This document shows, one piece after another, positions 20,132 through 29,157 of a stretch of DNA of 32,000 nucleotides. Origin of the DNA: Aeropyrum pernix K1 (GTDB lineage: Archaea > Thermoproteota > Thermoprotei_A > Sulfolobales > Acidilobaceae); assembly GCF_000011125.1 (NCBI RefSeq), contig NC_000854.2, positions 180,001 through 212,000 on the forward strand, in the 5' to 3' direction. The notes beneath the pieces were generated by a model, which was not told where the DNA came from, made no database searches, and worked only from the letters and a program-made list of their open reading frames with translations. The position numbers were made by a program, and so were the translations under genes. Positions within the stretch are counted from its first letter, which is position 1, and each line of letters opens with the position of its first letter.

Positions 20132-20186
20132 AATAAAATCTCCCTCATGGGCTCTATCATGGCACTGCTAGGCTTTAACTTTATCA

Positions 20187-20270
20187 ATGTTGCATTATTA
20201 TCAGATTTACTGATCCAAGCCGATCTTCGTATCTGAGTGCATGTTGCATTCTATCATAAAGCAATGCAAC
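20187..20270 (+). repeat. Repeated element A: ATGTTGCATTATTATCA, then ATGTTGCATTCTATCA plus inverted ATGCAAC
   Basis: 17-mer at 20187-20203; second copy at 20241; inverted half at 20264-20270; TATTTATAG follows. Confidence 0.85.
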
Positions 20271-20291
20271 GTGAGTATTTATAGCGTCGTT

Positions 20292-20336
20292 CTCCGGAGC
20301 CGGAGGTCCCGGGTTCAAATCCCGGCGGGCCCGCCA
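20292..20336 (+). repeat. Attachment-like copy A of the tRNA-Arg(CCG) 3' end
   Basis: 45/45 identity with 18482-18526 (CTCCGGAGCCGGAGGTCCCGGGTTCAAATCCCGGCGGGCCCGCCA); flank 20365-20397 resembles 18554-18586. Confidence 0.95.
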
Positions 20337-20449
20337 CAAACCACACAAAACTATCACAAAAACACCATAAAGAATATATCGATAACCGAGACCTCAGAAA
20401 GACGCCGATTATTTAGCTGGGCGGATTATCAGGAGTGATTCCATAATTA

Positions 20450-20680
20450 ATTTAGAATTAATATAGAAGGTTGGGGTATGACTTTTAGCCATGGTACTAT
20501 CTTGAAGTCTTCGTTGAATGTGAGTATTGTGTCTATTTCATAATGCTTGCAGGTTAGAGCTATTTGAGCGTCGTTAGGCAGGAGCTTATAGTTTAGGAGG
20601 GTTTTGGTGAATTCTTGATGCCTCTTAAACTCTATTAGTTTTGAAGGTTCATTATTTCATAATGTTGAATGAATTGAACT
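20450..20680 (-). pseudogene. VapC/PIN C-terminal remnant, related to 18657-19091
   Basis: Translates LLPNDAQIALTCKHYEIDTILTFNEDFKIVPWLKVIP, parallel to LMPADALIALTCKQHELDTIATLDEDFKRIPWLKVVP. Confidence 0.8.
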
Positions 20681-20719
20681 CATATGAATCCTTGTATTGT
20701 GACTTTTTCGTTAAGAGTG

Positions 20720-21672
20720 CTTGAAGTATTATTTTATTTTTTAGATGATTCATAATGGAATGCTACTAGGTACATTAGAAGTTCCGCATACCCTTTCAGC
20801 TCCAAGATTATTTTATCTATGGTCTCATCCTGTAGCCCCAGTAATTTTTGAATCCTCTCCTCACAGCTAGGTCTGTTCTGGGACCTAATGGGAATAGTGG
20901 GTGGACTTGCGCTATTGCTAGCTCCGCTGTCCAGGGCCCTACTCCTTTCAGCCTAGTTAGCTCTTTTACTATGCTGGAAAGCTCTTCCGCTTGTTCTATC
21001 TCTTCTACGCTGGGCAGTCTTCCCTCGTATTCGGTCATTGCTATGTTTTTGATGGCCTGGGCCTTCATCCTGGTGAGCCCTATTCTCCTTAGCCTGTCTA
21101 GTGATAAGCTGATTAATCTCTCAGGGTCGGGGAAGGAGTAGAAGACTTCTCTTCCGATGGACACGTGTTCTCCATACGATGTTATTAGGCGGGATTGTAT
21201 TCGTAATGCTGCTTTCAAGGCTATCCTCTGCTTAATGATTGAGTCTATGATGGCCTCGTAGAGTCTGAGCGAGCGCCCTGGCCTAAGCCCAGGATATTGT
21301 TTAGCTATTTCTAGGAGTTTAGGCCAGCCAGAGTTTCTCTAAGAACGTATTGTAATCAAAATCAGCTCTGACAGAATTAAGCGCAAGTCTAACAGCATCA
21401 GCAGGATCCTCCATGCTATTTGTATAAACTTCTATTCTGATCTCCGGTCTCCAGGGTTCACCGAGGAAATAGGATTTTACTGGCACCGTATCCCTATTGG
21501 GAAGCTTGTATAGCTTTCTACAACTCTTCTCGCCTGGCTCATATATCTAGGGCATAGGAAGCCCAGGTATTGAAAACCTCTGGAGATGAAGAGTAAACCA
21601 GTAGGGAGGCTTAGGTTTATGAGTATATGAATAAAATGTGAGTGGGATTTCAACCACCTCCATGTACAAACC
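20720..21672 (-). pseudogene. AlkA-like (HhH-GPD) 3-methyladenine DNA glycosylase remnant
   Basis: Intact middle ORF (20817-21218) has LTRLKGVGPWTAELAIAQV...GPRTDLAVRRGFKNYWG. Homologous-looking sequence continues on both sides in shifted frames (PYWFTLHLQRF...KSYFLGEPWRPEIRIEVYTN; WPKLLEIAKQYPGLRPGRSLRLYEAIIDSIIKQRIA; LQDETIDKIILELKGYAELLMYLVAFHY) with a TAG. Confidence 0.75.
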
Positions 21673-21691
21673 TATGGTATGGATCTTTGTG

Positions 21692-21928
21692 TTAAGGTAG
21701 GTACTTTTTGATTTTTGATGTTTTAAACGCCGTTATGATCATTATTCTATCCTGAAACTCCTTGTATATCGTAACTAGCACTTTATCGTTCAGTCTTTTT
21801 ATACATCGATACAAGCCCTCTAATTCTTCGATTTTGTCTGGTTCCCGTAAGCATTGTTCTACCTGTTCCCTTGTAATACCCCTCTGGCGGAGTCTCTCTA
21901 AGGCGTGTAGTGTGTAGAATATTTTCAA
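21692..21928 (-). CDS. DUF4258-like protein, putative toxin
   Basis: YTLHALERLRQRGITREQVEQCLREPDKIEELEG...VTIYKEFQDRIMIITAF; coupled with the DUF2283-like gene. Confidence 0.75.
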   Translation of the reverse strand: MKIFYTLHALERLRQRGITREQVEQCLREPDKIEELEGLYRCIKRLNDKVLVTIYKEFQDRIMIITAFKTSKIKKYLP

Positions 21929-22152
21929 GCCTCAAGCACCATAGCCTCTGGACCCTCCGTCACTAGCCTGTGGAGATCGATCTTCTTCTTGGAAAATCCT
22001 AGTATCTCTATCCCTACAATCTCCCCATGCTCGTCATAATCTACAATAATTCCGGGTGCTATCTCTTCCGAGTCAACAATCCTACTCTCCTTAACCCTGA
22101 TATACAGGGCGTCACTTGAACGATCATACTTCAACCTTATTTCGCTAGGCAA
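21925..22152 (-). CDS. DUF2283-like protein, putative antitoxin
   Basis: LKYDRSSDALYIRVKE...EEIAPGIIVDYDEHGEIVGIEILGFSKK; overlaps the DUF4258-like gene by 4 nt. Confidence 0.8.
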   Translation of the reverse strand: MPSEIRLKYDRSSDALYIRVKESRIVDSEEIAPGIIVDYDEHGEIVGIEILGFSKKKIDLHRLVTEGPEAMVLEA

Positions 22153-22226
22153 TTCGAGCCTCCGTCTACTTTACTATTGCATTGATCACTCTTATTATTC
22201 TGTCATCACATCGATTAGGGTGCTTT

Positions 22227-22310
22227 ATGTTGCATTACTATCAGCAGTGATGAGTGGCAAAGAGAATCACTCACGAGTGCATGTTGCATCCTATCATGCA
22301 TTCATGCAAC
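22227..22310 (+). repeat. Repeated element B (same motif set as A)
   Basis: ATGTTGCATTACTATCA at 22227-22243, ATGTTGCATCCTATCA at 22281, inverted ATGCAAC at 22304-22310; start-to-start spacing 54 nt as in A. Confidence 0.85.
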
Positions 22311-22331
22311 GTGGGTATTTATAGCGCGGGT

Positions 22332-22379
22332 CTCTGGAGCCGGAGGTCCCGGGTCCCTAATCCCGCCGCGGGCCCGCCC
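22332..22379 (+). repeat. Attachment-like copy B of the tRNA-Arg(CCG) 3' end (diverged)
   Basis: CTCTGGAGCCGGAGGTCCCGGGTCCCTAATCCCGCCGCGGGCCCGCCC. Confidence 0.85.
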
Positions 22380-22421
22380 CAGAGGTTTTCGATATGTGAT
22401 AATCCTCCTTTCCTAATATTC

Positions 22422-22820
22422 TTACTTAACTTCTAGGGTTAGTTCAAGTCCTATTTCAAATATCTCATCTTTTAACTCTTCTTCGTAGGTAACGAATTCT
22501 ACCTTATTTTTCGCTTTATAGTCTGATACTCCCAAAATGGCTATCGCTGGAATGTGGAATTTATTTGCTAGGTGATAAACAATAGCCGTCTCCATATCTA
22601 TGCTTTCAGCATCCCTTTTAATGATATCATAAGTAAGCGAAAGCTTAGTTAGATGATTATCTGGTAGTATTACATTAAATCCATGTTTTTCGGCAATATT
22701 TAAAGCAGCCTTCTTCGAAGTATTATCTGCTATACCTTCAATGTCCAAGGCTTCTAGAGCGGCTCTAACAGGTATGGCTATAGTCTTATCTTCTGGGGGG
22801 AGGTTAGATGGCAGCTACCT
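22422..22820 (-). pseudogene. Nucleoside phosphorylase-family (PNP/UDP) fragment lacking the N-terminal part
   Basis: SIDMETAIVYHLANKFHIPAIAILGVSD is the family's catalytic Met-Glu region; open frame upstream reads LPSNLPPEDKTIAIPVRAALEALDIEG. Confidence 0.6.
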
Positions 22821-23151
22821 AATTAAAGTTATATATCTTGGGTTCTTCACATATAAGAAGCTAACTAAGAATATCTAATGTCCTTGAAGTACCATAGGTA
22901 ACGGAATACCAGACTATCTTGTCATGGCGCCGGAATGCAAAACCTTGGCCTCTAATCTTTAAATACCTCTTTCTTCTATGGTAATGGCTGTATATGTCCC
23001 ATAGTCCTTCAAGCAATATAATATGAGGATTAGGCTTATCTCTGACTCTTAGATCTTGGGGGGAAATACTAGGCCTTGACAGCGTGAGGCTAATTATGTT
23101 TTTAGGGTGCCAGCATTATTCTCGCCGCGTACTTTACAGTTTCTAATTAGT

Positions 23152-23670
23152 TTAGGGATTTCTAGATTCACCCAGCTTTCTAAGGAATTCTTCAAGCGTT
23201 CTTCTAGATATCCAGAAGCCGCTCTCAATGAGCTTATCTATTATTGGCTTTGCCTTAGAGGTCAATCCCTTGTACTTGGCTAACGCTATTACACCCAGCG
23301 TACCCATTACCTGTAATCCTAGCTTCTTAGCTAGATTTCTAGCATCACGGTCGTCCATAAGTAGCAAGCCCGCATTGCGTTCAAAAGCTAGAACTATCGC
23401 TTCCGCCTCTCCCGTGTCCACAAACTCCTCGAAGAGAGACACTAGCCTCCTATCCACTACTTCCTCTACTCGTATAAAACCCGCTCTCACAACTTTCTCG
23501 CTGCCCGGCTTGCCTGCAACAGTAATTTCAGCCCAAACAGTTTCTGGAACGAGGACTTCACCGAAGAGCTTCTCCAGAAGGTCTAGACGACATACCCTGG
23601 CGAGCGCGATGATAATGCTTGAATTAGAGACTACGAGAAGCCTCTCTTCATCCTCATTACTTCTCTGCAA
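23152..23670 (-). CDS. PIN-like toxin, DUF3368 family
   Basis: VVSNSSIIIALARVCRLDLLEKLFGEVLVPETVWAEI...DTGEAEAIVLAFE...LLMDDRDARNLAKKLGLQVMGTLGVI. Confidence 0.88.
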   Translation of the reverse strand: MQRSNEDEERLLVVSNSSIIIALARVCRLDLLEKLFGEVLVPETVWAEITVAGKPGSEKVVRAGFIRVEEVVDRRLVSLFEEFVDTGEAEAIVLAFERNAGLLLMDDRDARNLAKKLGLQVMGTLGVIALAKYKGLTSKAKPIIDKLIESGFWISRRTLEEFLRKLGESRNP

Positions 23671-23926
23671 GCTTCTTGGCGACCTCCAAATCCTCCTTCA
23701 ACTCCTCCTCGCTATAGTGTAGCGGTATCCCTTCTCTGGCTAGTAGTTCTAGAAAATCCCATTTTGAGAGACCAGCAATCTTTCTAGCCTGGCCCAGGCT
23801 AGCTATACCCTTCTCGTAGAGCCTTAGTGCTAGCTCGATCCTAAGCCTCTTCTCAAGCTCGCCGGGAGGAACACGGAGGCCTTCAGGAACCTCGATAACA
23901 ATCCTTCTACTACCAATCCCAGCCAC
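23657..23926 (-). CDS. UPF0175-family antitoxin
   Basis: LRIELALRLYEKGIASLGQARKIAGLSKWDFLELLAREGIPLHYSEEELKEDL; overlaps the DUF3368 gene. Confidence 0.88.
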   Translation of the reverse strand: MAGIGSRRIVIEVPEGLRVPPGELEKRLRIELALRLYEKGIASLGQARKIAGLSKWDFLELLAREGIPLHYSEEELKEDLEVAKKLAEK

Positions 23927-24079
23927 TTGAGTCCCCCACTAACACTTATACTGAGGAAATTATTAGCCTTAACAGCCCTAAGCTCGGCAGTCTCATGAAT
24001 TGCCTTACAGGACATAAATGTGTTGTAAATCGTCCCAGAATACCATCAAACCTTGGAACATCTCCTTATAAGTGCCAGC

Positions 24080-24126
24080 TTCCGGAGCCGCGGGGTCCCG
24101 GATCCCTAATCCCAGCGGGCCCGCCA
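24080..24126 (+). repeat. Attachment-like copy C of the tRNA-Arg(CCG) 3' end (diverged, upstream motif largely lost)
   Basis: TCCGGAGCCGCGGGGTCCCGGATCCCTAATCCCAGCGGGCCCGCCA. Confidence 0.8.
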
Positions 24127-24279
24127 CAAAACTATTTATATCATCATTAACCTACACTTAGAATGTATCGATTACCGAGACCATAAGATGAAGCCGACCA
24201 TCTCTCAAGTACGAAAATTCCATATGCTTCGATGAGTTATGTGTCTAAGCAATGCAATTTATTATTAATTTATATTGAA

Positions 24280-24756
24280 TTAGTTTACGGGAACTCTCAA
24301 GTCGGAAGGTGTGTATAGAATTACACCGTAGGCTTTAAGGCAGTTCTCAATGTAATCGTTCTTGTTCCAGGTTAAAAGGATCACATTCTTATACTTTTCG
24401 GATAGGTGTAGTGCTAGTGCTGCAAAGTCAGCGTCAGCGAGATCTTTAACGCATTCTCCGGCTTTCTCCATATAAGCGTTATAAGTCCCTTTCTCGACCA
24501 TGTTTACGTTTAATAATAGGATTCTGATAGCAGCTCGCAATTCTTCTACTGAGACCTTCTTTCTTTTGGCTAGTTCTTCCAGGTGCTCGTCTATTTCGTG
24601 TAGTGCCTTCTCTGATGTGAAGGCTTTTATGCCGAGGACGTCTATGAGATATATTACAACCTGTCTAGTATAGCTTCCATGTCTAAGCACGGATGCTAGG
24701 ATGATGTTTGTATCAAGAACTAGCGCCTCGCCATCCTTCTCCTCATCCTTATCCAT
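24280..24756 (-). CDS. PIN-domain toxin (VapC family)
   Basis: LVLDTNIILASVLRHGSYTRQVVIYLIDVLGIKAFTSEKALHEI...LADADFAALALHLSEKYKNVILLTWNKNDY. Confidence 0.85.
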   Translation of the reverse strand: MDKDEEKDGEALVLDTNIILASVLRHGSYTRQVVIYLIDVLGIKAFTSEKALHEIDEHLEELAKRKKVSVEELRAAIRILLLNVNMVEKGTYNAYMEKAGECVKDLADADFAALALHLSEKYKNVILLTWNKNDYIENCLKAYGVILYTPSDLRVPVN

Positions 24757-24920
24757 TCTAGGTCATCCTCTTCAAGGCCGTGCTTTGACAGGATTTCCTC
24801 TAGGAGAGCTAGCTTAACGGCTGCCCTGGCTATTGCGTCTTCCCCCAAACCCCTTTTGCGGGCCTCCTCAACAATCCACCTCGGGAGGCGAACGCGTACT
24901 ACGGCATCCTCAGTACTCAA
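24720..24920 (-). CDS. Small putative antitoxin partner of the PIN protein
   Basis: VRVRLPRWIVEEARKRGLGEDAIARAAVKLALLEEILSKHGLEEDDLEWI; overlaps the PIN gene start. Confidence 0.7.
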   Translation of the reverse strand: MSTEDAVVRVRLPRWIVEEARKRGLGEDAIARAAVKLALLEEILSKHGLEEDDLEWIRMRRRMARR

Positions 24921-24998
24921 ACCTAAACCACCAACTGAGGAAAAGCAAATTCCAAGATTAATAGTTTCTCGGCTGCATAGTTACCCTAAAACCATAGT

Positions 24999-25080
24999 AT
25001 GTTACATTATTATCAAGATTGAAAATCACGTCAGAACATCAACCATAATGCATGTCGCATTCCTCCATGAACCGTGCAAC
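24999..25080 (+). repeat. Repeated element D (diverged motif set)
   Basis: ATGTTACATTATTATCA at 24999-25015 and ATGTCGCATTCCTCCA at 25052, then GTGCAAC; spacing 53 nt. Confidence 0.7.
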
Positions 25081-25100
25081 CAGAGTATTTAAGTGTCAGC

Positions 25101-25148
25101 CTCAGGAGCCGGAGGTCCAGGGTCCCTAATCCCGCCGCGGGCCCGCCA
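25101..25148 (+). repeat. Attachment-like copy D of the tRNA-Arg(CCG) 3' end (diverged)
   Basis: CTCAGGAGCCGGAGGTCCAGGGTCCCTAATCCCGCCGCGGGCCCGCCA. Confidence 0.85.
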
Positions 25149-25300
25149 CGACATTAGCAAAACTGCCAAAAACGTCTAGAAAATATATTGATAGCCGAGG
25201 ACGCAAAACAAGACCGAGCTCGTCTCGAATGTGATAGTATGGAGTGATCTAACATATACTAATCTATAACTCTTCGAAAGGTCTTGAATACGTTTCTTAC

Positions 25301-25759
25301 CTATTTACAGCCCATATATTTCATTAGCTCCTCTAATTCATTATTACTTAGGATATAGAATGATTTGATTCCTGCTTTTCTAGCATTCTGCGCCTGTACT
25401 TTATCGCTTGTCGCCACAGGCAGATTTAGGGTCTTTGCCAGTCCAAGATAATAAGAGTCTGCCCCCCTCGACCCAGTTGCTAGCGCTATTTCAACGGCTA
25501 TCCTGAAATATGCTTCATCGCCAACTAGGATTACCTTACTGCTAAAAGCATCAAGTACTCGCTCTACGATAGAGGGTGCCAGGTATCTCACCAGGACGCC
25601 AGCAACCTCTACTAGGAACAGGCGTGGTGCGTAAACGCTTATACTGTGGCGTTCAATGCATTCCACCACTTTCTCAGCTATCTGAGCCCGGGCTTTATCT
25701 TTAGCGGCAAACAAGTCTGCAGCAAGGGATGCATCTACTACTAAACCGCCCTTATGCAA
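25301..25759 (-). CDS. vapC: PIN-domain toxin (VapC family)
   Basis: VVDASLAADLFAAKDKARAQIAEKVVECIERHSISVYAPRLFLVEVAGVLVR...RGADSYYLGLAKTLNLPVATSD. Confidence 0.88.
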   Translation of the reverse strand: MHKGGLVVDASLAADLFAAKDKARAQIAEKVVECIERHSISVYAPRLFLVEVAGVLVRYLAPSIVERVLDAFSSKVILVGDEAYFRIAVEIALATGSRGADSYYLGLAKTLNLPVATSDKVQAQNARKAGIKSFYILSNNELEELMKYMGCK

Positions 25760-25979
25760 GCCTACTCCTCTCTCTAGACAAAATCTCGCTTGGCTCCTCC
25801 CTCTCTTGAGACAACCTACGCCTTATCCTTCTGGCTAACTCTGCGAGATTCTCCCTTATAATAATATCAACCTCTTCACCATCCTCAAGATTAACGGGCT
25901 CAAGAGGCTTCAGCACGCCCTTCTCATATCTAACCCTAATAACTTTAGACATCCCTATCTCCACCCTCCTTAACTCCAT
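25752..25979 (-). CDS. vapB: VapB-type antitoxin (AF2212-like)
   Basis: SKVIRVRYEKGVLKPLEPVNLEDGEEVDIII; overlaps the PIN gene. Confidence 0.88.
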   Translation of the reverse strand: MELRRVEIGMSKVIRVRYEKGVLKPLEPVNLEDGEEVDIIIRENLAELARRIRRRLSQEREEPSEILSRERSRLA

Positions 25980-26007
25980 ACAGAGACTCTAAGCCTTTAC
26001 CCTAAAT

Positions 26008-26093
26008 ATGTCGCGTTATTATCCAATATGATACGAAGCCCGGATTATCACATTAGCTGGTGTGTTCCATTCTACAATGCACATATGCAACAC
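26008..26093 (+). repeat. Repeated element E (diverged motif set)
   Basis: ATGTCGCGTTATTATCC at 26008 and GTGTTCCATTCTACAA at 26062 (spacing 54 nt), then ATGCAAC and TTATTTATATAG. Confidence 0.7.
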
Positions 26094-26113
26094 AGTTATT
26101 TATATAGCGCCTT

Positions 26114-26160
26114 CTCTGGAGCCGCGGGCCCCTGGGGTTCAAACCCGCGGCGGGCCCGCG
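26114..26160 (+). repeat. Attachment-like copy E of the tRNA-Arg 3' end (diverged, T-loop sequence retained)
   Basis: CTCTGGAGCCGCGGGCCCCTGGGGTTCAAACCCGCGGCGGGCCCGCG. Confidence 0.8.
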
Positions 26161-26594
26161 ACAAAACTATCTATACCATCATTAACCTATGCTTAATACT
26201 CAACCACCTCTTCCCTGGTATACACACCTGTCCCTCCAAAAGCCAGATCGAACCTCCTCCGGAGGAGCTTCTCTATCGACTGGATTATCTCAACATGGTT
26301 CTCACCCTTAAACGCCATAATCTCAGCAGCGGAATGGTCAGGGTTGCCTTGGAGGGGGGATTGTCAATAGTGGGTATAGACATGGAGGGGGATCTCAGGT
26401 AGGGTGAGAGGGTGTGGTAATAGTGTGAATCCCGTTCCTGCCAGGTATCCAACTGAGGCGCATCCGGCTGCTTCGAGGAGCTGTCTCCCGAGGCTCCTCT
26501 CCCTGTACGTCTTCTTTATGGGGCCATCTGCCTTTTCCACGCCTTCCGGATCTTATCGTGAGGCGACGAAAAGTAAAGACCTAGATAAAGTAAT

Positions 26595-26861
26595 TTGGTA
26601 GAAGAGGTGAGAATAGTGGCAAAGGGGGTAGGAGGCAAAGCCGAGACTACCGCAGAAGAAGCGGCAATAGAGGTCCTGGAGGCGCAAGTAAAGAAAGAAT
26701 CAAAACTACTCTGGGAGATAGCAGGAACAGCAGTATGCTCTGTTGCGTTATTCCCAGCAGGAACAGTCCCAGCCCACCTCATAACGCCCACGCTTGATGT
26801 CATCATCGGGGATAGCACGGTAACCGTTGGATGGGTGACCATAGGGGGGACGGGAGGATGA
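26595..26861 (+). CDS. Small orphan protein (88 aa) with a central hydrophobic segment
   Basis: TTG-started ORF; its TGA overlaps the ATG of the next gene (ATGA at 26858-26861). Confidence 0.5.
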   Translation: MVEEVRIVAKGVGGKAETTAEEAAIEVLEAQVKKESKLLWEIAGTAVCSVALFPAGTVPAHLITPTLDVIIGDSTVTVGWVTIGGTGG

Positions 26862-28840
26862 GCAGGGAGCTGATAGGCCTCGGGGCAGGCATACTCATCC
26901 GGCTCCTACTCAAAAACCTCAAGAAGAAGGGGCAGCACATAGAGGAAAGGGCGCCGCCCCAGCTGACCCGGGAGCAGATAGACCAGTACATAGTAGACAC
27001 TACAATAGACGAGGCGTACGAACAGCTACAGGCAGAATACGACAGGGCATACCGGGAGCTCCTGAAGAGAGAGAAGGAAGCGGAAGACCCCCACATCAAA
27101 AAACTCATACAAAACATAAAGGAATACCACGAACTATTCAGGAAAGATAACGAGATGAGGCCCCCCTGGATGCTCACAGCAATCCTGCTAAACGAAGCCC
27201 TAAAACACGGAGTAAAAGACAGGGACAAGATATACCAGTACATCCTAAAAGCAAGCTGGGAGTACGCAAAGGAAATAGCACAAGCCCTCCCAGCCAAGAA
27301 GTACCAGGGCAGATACACCCGGGCGTACGCAGACCAAATGAGAAATCCCTTTATATCAATCATAGAAATCGAGGCGATGATAAGAGAAGCAAACAGGGAT
27401 GATCCGAAGTGGAAAAAATATACACAGATGTTTGATCTGTATTGGAACAAGATTCCGGACGACATCTATAATAGGGCCGACTCGCAGCATCATGAAGTAA
27501 CAAAATACCTGCAACTCCTGGAAGAGGCCCTTCGTGAGGCAGAAAGGGAATCGGGGGTAGAGCCCTTCTGGCACAAGACCCCCGAGGAAATCCTCGGCAT
27601 AGGACCGGGAGAGGGTCCCGCGCCGGCGGGAGAGCCGATACTCGCCTACCCGGACAGGTACCCGACACTAGCCCAGAAGGTCCTGCTCAAGACCCTCGTC
27701 CTGGGAGAGTTCCTGAGGGAGGGAGGGGGCGTCCACAGGGACCTCTACAGGGCCCTGAGGAACCTCCTCGACTCGCCGCTAACCACGAACCACTGGTACC
27801 CCTTCCTCGCCGAGTGGTTCGAGAACCTGGAGAAGGGCAGGCACGTGAGCCCCCTAACCCAGCTCCTCCAGAAGCTGCCGGTAAACCCCGAGCTCAAGCA
27901 GAGGGCATACAGGTACCTCGCACAGATAGAGCAGGGGAAGAGCATCAGCGAGATACCCGAAGAGGAGAGGAAAGCCTTCAGGGAGGTCATCGAGCGATTA
28001 AAAAATGAGATATGGAGGAACCCGGACAGATTCGTACCCATCGTCGAGGAGCTCACCTACGCCACGGGCATGAACATCAAGGACGCCGCCAAGACCCTTA
28101 TAGGGGTGCTGGACGACTTCGCGAAGATATACTCGGGTGAGAAGAGCCCGAGGCAGGCGGGCATAGAGCGTGACGCCACCCAGGTCCTCCACGTCATCAA
28201 GAACCTCCGGGACAGGGGCAACTACGTAGACCCCTACCACGTCACCGAGACCCTGATAAACATCATAGAGCAGCACATCCAAGACCCGCTCCTGAGGGAG
28301 GCCTACAAGAGGATCCTGGAACACTACCAGAGGACACACGGAGAAATACCGAGGGATCTACGCTACCTTGAAAGGGTTGTAGAGGAGGAGAGGGAGCTGG
28401 AGGAGAAGCTTAAAGGGTTAGAACGCGAAAACAGAAAGCTCTCCGAGGGAGATATCCGGAGGACAGCCATGCTTTACAGGACCCTCATGCTCCTCACACC
28501 ACACCCAAGCCTGGAAGACATCAAACGGTTCTACTCGAGGCTCGCAGAGAGACTGAAAGTCAAGGTGGGAGAGGAGTCATTCCTGCCCGTCCACGGGCCT
28601 GTAGCGGAGGATGTGGCGTCCAGCTTCGCAGCCATAAGGAGGGCAAAGCCGGAGGAGAGGGAGCGGGTGGTGAGGAGGGAGATTTCCGGCTTCGAGCCCC
28701 TCTTCCACGCGGCACCCCACATAAAGGAGGGTGTCATGTCCGTGCTTGCCGCCACACGGAGCAATATAGTGTCGGGGGAGAAGCACGAAGAGTTCATAAG
28801 ACACCTGGAGAGAACGCAGGTGAGGAGACCGTTAGAATAG
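26858..28840 (+). CDS. Large orphan charged helical protein (about 660 aa) with N-terminal hydrophobic segment
   Basis: Long uninterrupted ORF; probable ATG at 26858 after GGGAGG; LIGLGAGILIRLLLKNLKKK near the N-terminus; no recognised domain. Confidence 0.85.
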   Translation: MSRELIGLGAGILIRLLLKNLKKKGQHIEERAPPQLTREQIDQYIVDTTIDEAYEQLQAEYDRAYRELLKREKEAEDPHIKKLIQNIKEYHELFRKDNEMRPPWMLTAILLNEALKHGVKDRDKIYQYILKASWEYAKEIAQALPAKKYQGRYTRAYADQMRNPFISIIEIEAMIREANRDDPKWKKYTQMFDLYWNKIPDDIYNRADSQHHEVTKYLQLLEEALREAERESGVEPFWHKTPEEILGIGPGEGPAPAGEPILAYPDRYPTLAQKVLLKTLVLGEFLREGGGVHRDLYRALRNLLDSPLTTNHWYPFLAEWFENLEKGRHVSPLTQLLQKLPVNPELKQRAYRYLAQIEQGKSISEIPEEERKAFREVIERLKNEIWRNPDRFVPIVEELTYATGMNIKDAAKTLIGVLDDFAKIYSGEKSPRQAGIERDATQVLHVIKNLRDRGNYVDPYHVTETLINIIEQHIQDPLLREAYKRILEHYQRTHGEIPRDLRYLERVVEEERELEEKLKGLERENRKLSEGDIRRTAMLYRTLMLLTPHPSLEDIKRFYSRLAERLKVKVGEESFLPVHGPVAEDVASSFAAIRRAKPEERERVVRREISGFEPLFHAAPHIKEGVMSVLAATRSNIVSGEKHEEFIRHLERTQVRRPLE

Positions 28841-29157
28841 GGTTATGCCTCGTCGCTCCCGGTGCCCGTGTCGCCCATCCAAACCACCTCTCTAACATTT
28901 TGCACAGGGAAGTATAAAAAGTGGCAGTGGAGAGGGTGAAACGTAAACACCCAGGAATAAAATGTTAGCTTGGAGAAGACTGTGGTAAAACCATCGGTCG
29001 GCAAGGAGACTCTCCAGCTGATCAAACGGGTTATCCTGTAGGAGGCGGGGAAGCTGGGAGTAGGAGTAGAGATGATAGTATTGCTTGGGAGTAGGGCCTG
29101 GGGCAAGGCCGGACTCGGACTGTATATCAGCAATAATATTTCCGAGAACAACGCTAT

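Noticed and set aside
26803-27574. Minus-strand ORFs opposite the 669-aa ORF
   Set aside because: S/F/Y-rich mirror-frame translations of a charged helical protein; the + strand ORF is far longer and has a ribosome-binding-like GGGAGG.
28843-29151. Minus-strand 102-aa ORF
   Set aside because: No family resemblance and low-complexity S/P/T/F composition; it overlaps the possible MNT remnant on the other strand.
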